A DNA stretch of 64,000 nucleotides from the human T2T-CHM13v2.0 reference genome, Homo sapiens (GCF_009914755.1 NC_060935.1); one strand, 5' to 3'. Counted from the first letter of the stretch, positions 48,101 through 63,157 are shown. Notes: generated by a model not told the origin, from the letters alone. Made by a program: numbers and translations.

Positions 48101-50180
48101 AACGGTCATCACCCATGACCCTTGGTTCAAAACAGCCCAGAGGTCATCCTTGTCCCTTGTGTTCCTCAGGACCAGGACACTGCCACCTGTCAACTGCAGC
48201 AGATTTGCCGGCATCTCTCTCAAAACAAAACTAACAGGAATTCTGGTTTAAAAGTCACACAATATTCTTACCATCTAAAGCCGAAAAAAAAACAGAGAAA
48301 GGAATAAGGATTGACGTTTTTTTTTTTTCCTTTCCGACAATGTTGTAAAAACGAACAAAATAAGACAAAAAAAAAAAGCATTTATCTTTCTTAACCTTTA
48401 TAAGATACCTGTAAAAATGTATTATTTTAATTATTATCATTTGCCTCATTTCTGAGAGGTAGTGAAATAAAGGGACGTAAAAAGGCTTGTTTGGGTCAGC
48501 CACTGAGGTCTTTTCATTTTAGAGCCCAGGTTTGTTTGTTTGTTTGCTTCTCTTCTGCCATGTTGCCTCAATTCAATTTAGTGTAACTCATGTATTGTGT
48601 TTTATAATTTACAAAGTGTGCTAACATTGATTTTCTAACTTATCCATCATAAGTACCCTATTGTACAGATAAAATACTAGTTCTATCTTTGGACCGATAA
48701 GGATACTGAAGTCATAACAAGAACACATGAATTTTGACTGTAAATATGGTCTTCCTTGAACAAATGGGCTCCCCTTGCAAAACGATTCAGTCTGCTTAAA
48801 TTATAACCAAGAATAGGCCAAAAGCAGGTCTTTGCAAGGGGAAATCTGTGCTTTTAGTCTTACATGGGTGCTTAACTGCAACTCAAACTTGTGCATATAT
48901 AAGGCAGTAAAAACTTATACAAAAATTGCATTTTCTTTATTCAAAATGCAGAAAAGAAAGCAAAAATCAACATTATCATTTAATCACAGTCCCCACTGCT
49001 CTCTCATATATTTGTGTTGGGGAGGGAGGTTGTGGATAGCATTAGTATCATTATTATCAGATAAGTAGAGGAAGAATAGAGACCAGGTGGAATTGGCCCA
49101 GTCGTTTGGCAGAGTGAATTAATGAGTTTTGGGTTGTTTAAAAAAAAAAAAAAAAAGTAAATGTTAGTGCTTACTTTGGCAATAGGGTCTTATAAGGATT
49201 AAATTAGTTACATAAGAAAATTAGGGGAATACATTTGGTTTTACCTGAATTAATACCAGGAGGTAATAAAGGGAAATTCCCACAATAGCAAAGAATGATC
49301 CTTTGGCAGATCTGAAATCCAAATTGAAACATGGCTATGAGAACTGACCTTCCTCATAATGTCAGCAATATTAGAGAGAAACTCAAGTATGGAACGTGGG
49401 GTTCAAGCTAATGCAATGCAGAAATTAAGAAGTAGGGAGAGCCTAACTGAGATATAGATTATACTTGAAAATCGCAAGATGACTAGTCAATTTTTCTTGA
49501 GCAATTATTGTATGCCAGCCTTATTTAATGCATTTTCCATACATTTTTAATTTAATTATCACAATTCTATTAAGTAAATACAATGATCATCAACACTGTA
49601 CAAATGAACAATGAGGCTTAGAGATATTAATTTTTTCTCAAAATCCCACAGGAAATAGAGACAGGCTGGGAATATTTAGGTCTATCTGATCCAAGTGCCT
49701 GTGACCTTAATTATTATTCTTCATAACTTCAGAACCTGGAAATATAATTTATAGCAGAAACTTTTTATCTCTAAATTATTCATTAATTTATATTCAACTC
49801 TGTCACATAGAGTTAACAAGACTTCCAAAAATTATGCTAATAAAGCCATTGCTTAGGATGCTTCCTTATTATCACCACTTAAATTATAATCAAAATGAGC
49901 TATTTAAATGAAATTATCTCACAGTTTGCAAGTTTCTCTTCATTATACCCAGGAACCAAATGCATATGTCAAGGAAAAGCTTAGGTGAGGCTTTCCTATT
50001 TAGCTTTTAGAAATGTTGACTTCCAAGGACAACTTGGTATTATAGAATTGTTTAACAACTCTCAGGTTATTTGCATCTATATAATGGAAGTGTGAAGCAG
50101 CCTCCATATGCAAAGAGATAATGATGGTTCTGGACCTACAGCTAGTTTGAAAATGTTCATTTCAATAAGCATGTCCTCTG

Positions 50181-50313
50181 TGACTGGGTGTGGTGTCTCA
50201 CACCTGTAATCCCAGAACTTTGGGAGCTGAGGCGGGAGGATCATTTGAGGCCGGGAGTTCCAGACTAACCCAGGCAGCATAGTGAGATCCTGTTTCTATA
50301 AAACAAAACAAAA
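50181..50313 (+). mobile_element. FLAM_C (free left Alu monomer)
   Basis: Monomer plus A tail; TSD AATAAG(C/T)ATGT(C/T)CTCTG at 50164-50180 and 50314-50330. Confidence 0.85.
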
Positions 50314-50874
50314 AATAAGTATGTTCTCTGAGTTGGGCTGTGATTGGTTGTGGCACTGGGGATGAGGGGAAAGGACTAAAAATAAAGGTAACATTTGAAC
50401 CCTATCCAGGAAGAATGTATGCTTCGAATGAAGAGACTAATTTATTACATATTAAATAACTGAGAATTTTTTCAAGAAAATTCACTAGGGAATGATAATA
50501 TGCTGCTTTCATAATGTAAATGGATACCAATTCCTGAGTGATTTCTACTGCCAGGCACTATGAAAGAAAATTTTCATAGACTATTGTATTTAATCCTCAC
50601 AACAGTTCTATAAAGTATTTATTCTTTACTTTCATCTTATGAATGAGGAAACCCGGATTCTGTCATGGTCATGGATATTTTGGGAATGAAAGGTATGGGC
50701 TTTCAGTTTGAGTGTATGAAGTTCTTGGCTTCCTTTCAATCTGGGATCCAGTGGGTCTTTGAAATATTATCATCTAGAACAAATATGAAATTACTTCCAC
50801 CTATCAAAATCATATAATGTCTTACAGTGCCTGCTATGTCTTATTCACTCTAAAATTGCCTTGTTGGATGATCA

Positions 50875-51130
50875 ATGTATCAGTTAGGAGTGTTTGGCGA
50901 TGCAGGTAAAGAAAACCTGTTAAACGATTACTTAAGATACATGGATTACAGCTCTCACATAACAAGCAGTCTGGCAGTAAGATGCTGCCAGTATGGTTAA
51001 AAGGTTCAGTGAAAGCTGAGCCAACATTATATTGTTCTCTTTGCTGTTTCCCATGGTGACATGAATGCTGCCCCAACTTCAAGTATCATATTTTCATGGC
51101 AGTAAGAATGAGTAAAGGGATCAGTTCATC
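50875..51130. mobile_element. Old MLT1 (MaLR) LTR fragment
   Basis: TGTATCAGTTAGG...TCTCACATAACAAG...GCTGCCCCAACTTCAAG. Confidence 0.5.
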
Positions 51131-51469
51131 TCTGTGGGTCTCCAGATAGCTAAAATCACAACAATAATAACCATAATAATAACTTACATGCATTTGTTGC
51201 TGCCTGTTTGCCAGGTTGTGTAATATTTTTCTATAGTTTTTCACATAACTCTTATAATAAAATGAGATGGCACTATTATTATTATCCTCATTTTACATAT
51301 TATAAAATTGAGACACAGAAAAGTAATGTCATATAGTCAAGGTCCTACAATTAGTAATAATGAAAAGCAAGATTGCAGCTCTGTTCTTTCTGGCTCTAAA
51401 TGTGGTGTTTTTAATCCTGTGCTACGCTGATTCTTACAATCAGTAGATAAGGGCTTGAATATATGGTTA

Positions 51470-51737
51470 TGCATCTAACCTTTAGAGCCTATTTGAGGTG
51501 TCTCCTTCTACATCAATCCCTTCATAACCCACCACACTTTCAAATTCCCTTTCCCCTCTTTTCATTTGCTATGTATTTGTCACATCTTTTACAGCACTGT
51601 ATTCTTTATTCTATTAGTCATTTACCACATTTTCTTATTTCTCAGATTCAGTTCTAAGAACCTAGTAGGCAGGATCCATGTCCATTATTAAGCGCCAGCA
51701 TGCTGCAAGTGTTTAGTAAATGTGTGTTGAGAAGTCA
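51470..51737 (+). mobile_element. L2 3' end
   Basis: GGCAGGATCCATGTC...TTTAGTAAATGTGTGTTGA, resembling an L2 tail. Confidence 0.5.
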
Positions 51738-52787
51738 GCTGAAACCCCTCTCCTCTGGTCCCGCTACTTGCTACCTAAACTCTCTCAGTGCCATTTTAAA
51801 AAGTATGCTGAAGCTGGGATTTCCTTTGGCTAAGTCCTATTGCTTGGCTTCTTTTTTGACTAGATATGCTAGTCATTAAACATAATTTATGATTTTTGGA
51901 AATATAAATAGGAATACAGTAAGTCAATGACTGTTATACTCAGCTATTCTCACTAATAATCTATAAAGTAAAAAACACAGCCTTTTCTCCCCCTTCATGA
52001 CTTCTCAACACACATTTACTAAACACCTGTGGCATGCTGGTGCTTAATAATGGACATGGATCCTGCCTACTAGCTTCTTAGAATTGAATCTGAGAATTCT
52101 ATAAAACAATTAAGTAGTCTGTCTTTGTGGTATACGAAGTATTTGTAATTTATAAGGTACTGATCCTTTTAGAATCAATGTAATAATAATTGTCCCTATC
52201 TCGTTGCACACGACATCTCCTTACTCTAGAGCTGTTCTTAAATATTTAATATTCATCAGGTGTCTTCACAGTGCTGTCTCATCTGTTAATTATTTCCTTT
52301 ACCCATAAAATATTTAATAACATATTCTGTGTATGTCACTGTATAAGACACTGGGAATATAAAAATATTTTAGTATAACTATTAAGAAGAATCATATTCA
52401 AGGCACATTAACAGGCAAAGGAAGGAGTTGATGTTCATTAGGGTGGTATGGAAGGCATTATAGAAATTATGTGAACAACATCTTGAAGGAGGATAAGAAT
52501 GTTATCAGATAGACAAGGAGGTAATAGGATGAAGGAAAAATTAGATATAAAGATGTTAAAAAATATGACCCTTTGGGGAAATGTAAATAATTATATGTGT
52601 GCTAAGTATGAATGGCAACAAAGGAGTGTAAAAGCCAAGTTAACACAGTAAGTTTTCAATAAGTCATTGTACAACATACCAGTTCAAGGTGCTTTCAGTC
52701 CTTCTGCAGACAACAGCTCAGGGAAAATTAAGTAGCAGAAACCATGTCTAGATACTACTGTTGTTTAGTGATCATATGGATTCTACC

Positions 52788-53082
52788 TTTTTTTTTTTTT
52801 TTTTTTTTGAGATAGAGTCTGGCTCTCACCCAGGCTGGAGTGCAGTGGCGCGATCTTGACTCACTGCAACCTCCCACCTCCCAGGTTCAGGCAATTCTCC
52901 TGCCCAGAAAGTAGCTGGGACCACAAGCACACACCACCACACTCGGCTAATTTTTGTATTTGTAGTAGAGACGGGGTTTCACCATGTTGGTCAGGCTGGT
53001 CTTGAACTGCTAACCTCAAGTGATCCACCCACCTCTACCTCCCAAAGTGATGGGATTACAGGTGTGAGCCATACTCCCGGCC
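52788..53082 (-). mobile_element. AluS (Sx/Sz-like)
   Basis: polyT plus full antisense dimer ending CCCGGCC. Confidence 0.9.
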
Positions 53083-53169
53083 TTCCACTTCAATTTTTAT
53101 CAGGTGAGACAATAAGACAGGGTGATGCTCAGATCAGTTTCACCACATACCATTATTCTGGACGTGTGG

Positions 53170-53408
53170 TGTACTAGTTATCTATTTTTGGTGAGTAGAA
53201 TACCCCCAACACTTATCAGCTTAAATCAACATTTTATTCATATTAATGGTTTATGAGAATCAGGGATCCTGGAGCAGATTTGTGAAGGGTTTGAACTCAA
53301 GGTCTCACACAAGGTGGCAGTCAAGCTGTCAGCTGGGGCTGCAATCATCTGGAGGGTTGACATGGGCTACAGAATGTGATTCAAATATCAATTGTATAGG
53401 TTTGTTTA

Positions 53409-53455
<47 letters not shown>

Positions 53456-55032
53456 TTCAATGTCTTTTATGTCCTATAGATTCCAAAGTCTCACCCTGTC
53501 TCTTCTGTTTTATTCTATCAGACACACAGACCTTCCATAATAGAATGTGGGAAGGGAATACACAAGGACATGAGTACTAGGAGGTGGGGATTAGTTGGGG
53601 GTATCTTACAGGATTATTACCACAATGTGCCCTGTGGCTGTAATGATATGCATACCTCCCACATGTGAAACACACACTTCTATATACATTTACAATTCCT
53701 TTTCAATAAAAGAGAGAAATGAGCGGCACATACTAGTCTTGGTTTCTAGCAATTCTGAGATCCAACTGGGAAAATGTAGCAAGTTCTTTGATTAAGTCTC
53801 AGTTTGCTTCTGCCCAGAAGTCATAGCCCTTGGCTTTCCCTTCTGGATTCTTGTTTCCACTGAACCACTCTTCCTTTTACAGGAGATGTAGTATGTATTT
53901 GCAGGTAAGTAGTCCTTTCAGCCTATTTCCTGCTAGGAGAAATTTGGCAGGCCCAAAAGCCTTTCATTTTGTACTCCTTCTGTCCCTTTTCATCCAAGCT
54001 GGCATTGTTTCTATTGATATATTATCTTAAAAACTTTTTAAATCTCTTGTGAATCTTCTTGCAGTTCATTCCATTATGTAAAATCCACACCCACAAATTT
54101 CTCCAAAATAAGCCCTTCTTTACCTTGGATCTCTACAGATAACACTCCTAGAAGCCCAGTCTGTCTGGAAGGACTTTTACCTGACAGAACGGTGTATGTG
54201 GAAGTACCGTCTTCAAATTACCTAAGATAAACATAATTTTTAAACATGGTATTTACTGCATCTTTGGACCTTGTTTTCCTTGCTCTTTGTTCAGAGGCCA
54301 TGTCTTAATTTTAAAATCTTTTGCTACCTGTGGAAGCTTAAAAATTTAAAACTATGAAATCTCAACTTTTTACACATATATTAGCCTTTCCTTTTATTTA
54401 CTTCTCTCATTTCTCATTTACTATAAGTAGCAGGAAAAAAGAACACATGCTCAACATTTCAATGAACACTCTTCTTAATATCATTTCAGCTTGTAACCAC
54501 TTCCTAGTTTTCAAGTTTTTAGATATTTGTTATGATAGCATACCCACATTGCAGTAGCAGAATCAGTATTACTTATCTAGCCTGCATAAAGTATTACTCC
54601 AAAATTCAGTGATTAAACATTTAATATCTAACATAATTTCTAAATATTAGGAAACTGAGTAGTGTAGCTAGTGATTCTGGCTCAAGATCACTCAGAAGGT
54701 TGCAGCCAAATATATGCTGAAGCTGTAGTCATCCGGAAGCTTGACTGGGGCTGGAGGAGCCAATCCAAGTCACTTGCATGGCAGTTGGTGGGAGGCCTCA
54801 GCTCCCTGTGACATGGACCTCTCCATATGACTGCTCATACAATGGCAGTTGGCTTTTCCCAGAGTAAGTTATTTTAGAAAGGTCTCCAGAATCACAAGCT
54901 GGCATTTCTTTGTTTCTACTTTATTCTATTGGACACGCAGACCAGCCCTGATATGTTTTTGGAGGCAACTAAGCAAAGGAATGAGCATCAGAAGGAAGAT
55001 CTATGAGGTCCATCTTAGACGCTGGCAACTAT
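53170..55032 (-). mobile_element. MaLR MLT1 (F/G/H-like) LTR-internal-LTR element
   Basis: Two homologous LTR-like segments (~53170-53625 and ~54565-55032) flanking MaLR-internal sequence; (GA)n at 53413-53451. Confidence 0.65.
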
Positions 55033-56189
55033 GCGTGGGTATAGTCACAGTCTCTACCTTCAGTGCTTTCATATGTGAAAGAAGCAGTTTTATATCTGTT
55101 GTGGAAAACACAGGTAATTAATTCAGCAGGTTAATTCTGTTTGATTTCTATAAAATTTGGAGGGGGAAGGGCGGGAGCTCCGAGTCTAATCTGATAAAAC
55201 ATAGTAAAAAGTATTTTCTTCTGTAACACATTTCAGACAATTCTTTTAAGGGGATAGATTATCCTCTATTTCTTCCTCATAAAATAAGAAATTATGTTAC
55301 CTTATGGGCTAAAGTGCATATTCAAATTATGCTAATTTATTTTTGATTAAGGAGAATGAGTGGAAGAGAGAAACTAACATTTGATAAAACTCTTAAAAAG
55401 TAGAGACATTATACCATGTCTGTATCAAGGTCAATATTATTTAATCCTTACCATAACACTGTAAGGTAATGATAATATCCTTCATTTTACACTTCCAGAA
55501 AATAGAGCTATGAAAAGTTGAGAAACTTAGTTTAAACCATACAGCTAACTTTTCATTTACAACCATTATAGAATAATAGGGACTGGTTTTCCTTTTCATC
55601 TTAAGTTGTTGAACTTAAAAAATGGGCATAATATATGCAAAAATAGTTTTCAGTTATTTCACAACCACTATTTAGGACAAGTAATTACCAAGATATGGGA
55701 AATTTCAAGGTGAGCCCTACTATTATGCCAGGTTGCTTTCTGGATAATGTCCAGGTTTTAGCATGGGAATTGGAGTCCTGAGAAAGCCTGGCACTCTTTC
55801 TCTCTATCAAAGTGACAGGATTGAAATATGAAGAGGTTGTGGTGGCTACAATTTTGGGGGCAGGTACCAGAGCAGAGAGTGGCATACAGTGGAGGGAACT
55901 ACGTTGTTTGCTCTAATTTGGCCTCGAGGTGTTTTTCTGGATAGTGACTATAATCAGTAGCTTTACTCTCATGGGAATCCAAGGGATGTGGTTTTGAATG
56001 TTTGCAGTTTGCCTTTTGGGGGATACTTTTTTTATCCTGGCGAATAACCTAATGCCTAAGTATCTGACCCATGACCAGGTGTTCCTCTCAAAACGTGTTG
56101 TTTATACTCACATATACCCTTGTATATCTTTTCTTACCCTTGTCCACTTTATTTCTACCATCATATCTACTCTTAAGGAGAGCCTTGAC

Positions 56190-56770
56190 CAGGAGAAAAG
56201 TTAGGTCCATGTGGGTAAGTCAGGTGAGACACAGAGGAGTCAACAGAACAAAAACACATAAAATAACAGAAGCCATTTATTATTTATAGGTCATCAAAAG
56301 AGAAGTACCAACAAGGGCCAATGGAAAGATCGCAGGGGCCATGTGTTCAACCTGAAAGTGAGGAGCCGGAGAGACAGATGGACCTATGGGCCAAGGCCTT
56401 TACAGGGATCCGGGGTGTTATCCAAGGAACTTTCCTGTGGAGAGTTCTAATTCATGGGTTTAAAACAAGCATTCAGTGGGGCCATACTGTGACTAAGAGG
56501 TGATCATTAAGAGATATCTATGCAGTCCATGTGGAGTGTGGGAGTCAGTGGGGCAAGTCAAGTAGATTGTATCTCTAAATCCCACAGGGAGGTGTTCACC
56601 AGCTGTAGCTGTATAAGGCACATATCTGTCTTTTATAATGAAAAACTGGGAGGAAGCAGAAAAGTGTGAGTTTTGTTAAGAGTAGCTAAGCCTTGCTTCT
56701 GGTATGAGAAAGTTAAACATATATTCAAAATGGATACCAAGGTGACATAAAATTACAAGAATTCACTACA
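56190..56770 (-). mobile_element. ERVL LTR (MER54-like)
   Basis: Ends TGCTTCTGGTATGAGAAAGTTAAAC...AAGAATTCACTACA, the reverse complement of the recalled LTR start. Confidence 0.6.
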
Positions 56771-59663
56771 GCCTACATAAAAAGCAGGTGAGATCTACAT
56801 AGAGTTCCACCTGAATCTTCCACTGAGTAATGGCTGTGCATGAGTGTGATGAATTAATCAAGACCAAGGAAAGAAACACCACAAAGAGGCGAGAGAAAGA
56901 AGCTGTGAAGCTCACAAATGGCCAGAAACAGTTTGTGTTCCCACTAAACAGGGTGAAAAACGTCATCATAATTCATGAAGCATCAGGTAGAGGACTCAGG
57001 AGGCTATCACCTGAATAGGGTGGAAAAAAGCGGCACTGTTCCAGACCAACTTAAGAAAGCTAAGAAAGCAGGCTTCAAAGGAAAAAACTGATCCTAAGAA
57101 ACTGAACTGCACCACAGAACCACAGAATAAAGCTTAAGAATATTTAAGGAAACTAATACCTAGTACTCATCAAGCTAAAGTTCACAATGCCTGACATCTA
57201 ATAAAATATTGACAGATGTGAAGGAAGTGGAAAATATATGACCACTAATAAGGAGAAAAATAAATCAATAAAAAACAAAAAGACACAGGTGACAATTAGT
57301 AAACAAGAACATAAAAGAGTTAAAATACATTCCATATGGTAAAGAAAGTAGGCAAAACCATGACCACTTTAAAGAGAAGCATAGAAGACAGAAAAATGCA
57401 AAATTGAATTTCTAGAGAGAAAAACTAATTGCACGAGATGAAAACTATCCTGAAGAGGGTAAGGAGCAGAATAGACACACTGGGAAAAATATTGGTGAAA
57501 TTGATGCATAATAAAAGAAACTGTCTAAAATGAAACACATAGGTAAAAGTAGTTAAAAAATCATAGCATCAGAGAGTTAAGGAAAAAAACTCTGCCTCAT
57601 ATTATGCATAATTGGGGCCATAGAAAGGCATTAAAATACATGAAAAAATAATCACCAATACACATCATAATGAAATTGATTAAAAATTGGTAAAGAGAAA
57701 TATTAAGGGTATCCAGAGATAAAACAGAGATATTTTGTGCAGAGAATCAGAGGTAAAAATGACAAGGAAATTATTTATTGTTAGAAACAAGGCTTGTCAG
57801 AAGACAATGAAGCAGTATCCTGAAACTTCTGGAAACAAACAAAACAGTCAACTAAGAATTCTGTGACCAATGAATAGGTCTAACAAAAATGAAGATAAAA
57901 TAAAGTGTTTTTCAAATATAAAATGTTGAAATAATTCAACAACAGGTTTTCACTAAAACAAATTTTAAAGAAAGTCCTTCAGACAGAAAAAAAATAGATG
58001 GCAAATATGTGAATGAATATATTTTCTCTTTTAAAAATATGTTTGAAGATAATTGACAATACAAAAACAATAACAATGTATTATATAGAGTTTATGAAAT
58101 ATGTACAAATAAAATTTATATTAACAACATTACAAAGAATTTCAGAATAAAGTGCTCTGGTGTTACCAGTGTACAGAGAGTATATCACTAAATAATTTAA
58201 AAATGTATGCTATAAATCCTAAAAGAACTATAAATCCTAAAGAATATTCATATTTTATTAATACATAGGTAAAACTAATAAACTAAGAAAGAAGATAAAG
58301 CAAAATAGTTAAAAATGTTGAATTAATCTAAAATAAGTCAGAAAATGAGAAAAATATTGATAAAGTAAAAATGAGACAAATGGGAATAAATAGCAAGATG
58401 GAAGATGTAATCCAAACTATATTTGTAATCATATCAAATGTAAATGATGTAAACACCAATCAAAAAGCAGAAAAATAGATTGAATGTTATCAAGGCTCTG
58501 TGCTGCCTAAAATAAATTCATCTTAATTATAAAGACAAATCAAATGATAGGAAATACTACATCATGCTAACACTATCAAAAGAAAGGTAGAATGGCAAAC
58601 TTAATATCACAGTATAATTCAGAGTAAAAATTATTACAAAGAATAACTGAATAATTTTATAATTAAAAAGAATTAATTCATCAAGAAGATAATAATGCAT
58701 CTAATAGCAGAACTTCACAGGACAGAAAGCATAATCTTATACTAATAAAAGGAGGAATGAATTCAAAATGTATTTGAGCATATCTCTCAACATTTCACAG
58801 AACAAGTAGACAGACAATTAGCAAAGATATATATAACTTTAACCTATCAACTTACCTGATTTATTTGACATTTATGCAACTCTTCATCCAACATCATAAT
58901 ATGTGTATTATACAAGTACATAAGAAACATTACAAAATTAGACCATCTTCTGGTTCATTAAACAAACCTTATTAAATGTGTATATTCTGACTACAATGAA
59001 ATTAAACCATAATCAATAATAGAAAGACAGCTGGAAAATTACCAAATACTTGGAAACTAAATTGCACACTTACACATGGTTTGAAGAAAAATAAAAAAAT
59101 AGAGATTAGAAAGTATTTTTAAGTGAACAAAAATAAAAACATGGCATTACAAAAATTGTAGATGCAGCCAAAGCAGTAATCAGAGAAAAATTAGAGCACT
59201 AAAAGTCTATATTAAATAAGAAGGAAAGTCTCAGATAATGACTTTTTAATTTTTGCCTCAGGACACTTGGAAAGTTGAGCAAATTAAACCTATAAAAAGT
59301 AGAGAAAAGGAAACAATGAAAAGCAGAAATCATTAAAATAAAGAACAGTTATACAATATAGAAAATCAAAGAAACCAAAAGCTAGTTTTTTGAGAAAATA
59401 AATAAAATTAATAAATCCCTAGCCAGACTGCAGAGAGAGAGAGAGAGAAAAAAAAAAAAATCAACATTAAAGGAATAATAGGAAAGTATTTTGAAAGGTA
59501 AAAATTTCATGTCATTTATTAATTTCAACCACTTTGAAAAAAATCAAATTCAAATTTTAGTAAAGGAATAACTTAAGTGTGTGTGTGTAAATTTCCCACA
59601 AAGAAAACAGGGGGCTTCATTAGTGAATTCTATTTAACATTTAAGGGGAAAATACTGATTATA

Positions 59664-60171
<508 letters not shown>

Positions 60172-60585
60172 GAGTAGTCTGTTTTGTCAGAGACCAGGAT
60201 TGCAACCCCTCCTTTTTTCTCTTTTTCATTTGCTCATAAATTTTCCTCTATCCCTTTATTTTGAGCCTATGAGTGTCTTTGCATGTGAGATGGGTCTCTT
60301 GAAGACAGCACACTGATGGGACTTTACACTTTATCCAGTTTGCCATTCTGAATTTTTTAATTGGGGCATTTAGCCCAATTACATTTAAGGTTATTATTGT
60401 TACATGTGAATTTCATCCTATCATCATGATGCTAGTTTGTTATGATGCAGAGTTGTTTATGTTGTTGCTTCATAGTGTCGTTGGTCTGTGTACTTCAGTG
60501 AGCTTTTGTAGTGGCTGATAATGGTTTTTCCTTTCCATATTTAGTGCTTCTTTCAGGAGCTCTTGCAAAGCAGGCCTGGTGGTCA
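60172..60585 (-). mobile_element. L1P internal fragment (ORF1 end to ORF2 start)
   Basis: CAGAGACCAGGATTGCAACCCCT...TTCAGGAGCTCTTGCAAAGCAGGCCTGG. Confidence 0.85.
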
Positions 60586-61519
60586 AGTGATTTTTGTTCA
60601 AAAGTACTAAAGTGATTCAATGTGGGAAAAGATAACCTTTTCAATAAGTTGCCCCAAAACTATTGAGTAACTATATATAAAAAAGTAAATCTCGAACCTT
60701 TCCTCGTAGAATGTATGAAAATTAACTGAAAATAGATTACAGACCTAAAGCTAAAACCATCAAACATCTAGATTTAAACAACAGAAGATTTTGGATTTGG
60801 CAAAGGTGTTTTAATAGGACATAAAAGAATAAATAGGTCTTTAAAAAAATGTAAAAGTTTTGCCCTTTAGGAGACTCCATTAGATAAGAGAAAGAAGAAA
60901 CCCATTGACTGGAAAAAACATATTTGCAAAACATGCATTTCACAAAGAACTTACATTTGTAGTATATTAAATAGAACACTTCAACTCAATAATAAGTAAA
61001 AAAAGGCCAATATTAAAACTGGAAAAATATTTCAACAGACACCTTATAAAAGGAGATATTAAGATGACAAATAAGTATTTAAAAATTTACTCAACATCAG
61101 TCATTAGGAAAATGCAAATTAAAACCGCAACAAGTTAATGCTTCACAAACTGCTAACGTACCTACAGTTGAATGGTGACAAGAGTTGGTGACAGGCTAGA
61201 ACTTTAATACACTGCAAATTGGAATATAAAATGATATAAGCCCTTAGGAAAAGTTTTTCTATTTTTCCAAAAGTTAAACATAAGCATCCTATGCATTCTA
61301 GCCATTGGATTAGTAGGATTCACCTAAAAATAAATAAATAAAAGCAAACACCCAAAGATTTGTATATAAAATTTCACAGCAGTTTTATTCTTATTAGCCA
61401 AAACCTAGAAACAACCAAATTATCAAACTCTGTTTACTTTTCCTGTATTTGTTTCCATGCAAATGAACAGATGTGTGTTTGTGTTCTAATGTCTCTTTTT
61501 CTTATACAAATGTTATCAA

Positions 61520-61647
61520 CATAAAGTAGGCTGAGGAGAGGAAGAGGAGAGGTTGGTTTTGTTGTCTAGGTGGTGGCAGAGGCAGAAGAAAATACACATA
61601 TAAGTGGACCTGCACAGCTCAAACCTGTGTTATTCAATTGTCACCTG
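61520..61647 (+). mobile_element. Tigger2a/b 3' end
   Basis: AGTAGGCTGAGGAG...TATAAGTGGACCTGCACAGCTCAAACC...CTG|TA. Confidence 0.75.
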
Positions 61648-61920
61648 TATGTATGTGTATATATATATATGTGTGTATATATATATATACACATACATAC
61701 ATACATATATATACACACATATATACATATATACATACATATACACATATATACACATACATATATACACATATATGTGTGTATATATACATATATGTGT
61801 ATATACATATATATGTATATGTATATTTGTGTGTGTATATATGTGTGTATGTATATACGTATATGTATATATGTATATGTATATACGTGTGTATATATAC
61901 ATATATATGTGTGTATATAT

Positions 61921-61962
<42 letters not shown>
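61648..61962. repeat. ~315-bp TA/CA/TG alternating purine-pyrimidine repeat
   Basis: Read directly from sequence; ends in a pure (AT)~16 run. Confidence 0.95.
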
Positions 61963-63157
61963 ATGTTGCAAATGTATTCTCCCAGTTTGTCAGTCTTTTA
62001 ATTAACTTCATTTGTAGTGGGTTTTGTTTTTGTTCATGAAAACTGTTTTTAGAAATTATATGTATTCAAATTTATCAATTTTTTAATTGTATCTGGATTT
62101 TGATTTACAGTTAGAATGTCATTCTCTACACCTATGTAAAGAAGAATGCACTGCAATTTAACCTGTTTTATTTAAAGGTGAATAAAACATTTACAAATGT
62201 TGCTGTCTTCCATTACCTTCATGGTGTGATGTCTTACTATTACATTGCCGATCTTTTCAGAGTGCATTCTTAAGGACGGGCCAAAGGATGGATCAAAATT
62301 ATATTCCAAATGACTAATTGTCCCAGTACCATCTATTAAAAAGTCAATTGTGACTCAGTGATTTGAGGTGCCGCTTTTTTGTACTCGATAGACTTCCATA
62401 TTAATTTGGGTCTATTTTTATGCATTCTACTCTATTCTGCCTGTTTTTCTATTCTTGTGAACTTTCTGTCAACTTAGATTAACACATACTTTTATACATC
62501 TCATGTGTCTAAGATTTCCCTTCTTATCACCAACCTAGAGAAATGTCTTCTGCAAGTTTATATTTGCTCCTGGAACACTGCTATAAAGTTTGCCCAAAAT
62601 TTAACATCTTACCTGTTCCCTTCACTTCACTCCACTCCATGTGAGTCCTCTGATATCCTCTTAGAAATACTGAAAAATAGCAATCAAGTGATTTCATTAC
62701 TTTACAATAAAATAATTTGACACAAAATAAATACTTATCTTAAGTTTGATGGTCCTGTCAGTACTGAAGTACTTCCTGAATACTATTTTATTCTGTACAT
62801 CATTGCATGGCTGTCAGGGGTTCAGCTTTATCCAGCAAGAGCATCCAGCACATGAAATTCAAGGCTGTGCTTTAATGCTGAGACAAAATTTGGAGCATGG
62901 AACCTATCATTTCTTGGGGTGTGTAAATGGAAGGTGTATGAACATCTAAACATTTGTCTCTCAAAATAACTTTTACTTACTTCTTCATTGATGGTAGATA
63001 CAATTGCTTGTTCAGTTGACAACAACCAAAAATGGAGTGGATAAGTCAGTCAAATGATAGGCAAAGAAGAAATTTGAGATATTCTTTCCTGCAATATTGG
63101 TTTGTTTCACACGTGTCATGGCAGAAACATAGGTTGTTTAGATTAAGGTGTTTGGTA

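Noticed and set aside
61570-62039. Y/I/H/V/C-rich ORFs (also at 34098)
   Set aside because: Artefacts of TA/CA/TG repeats.
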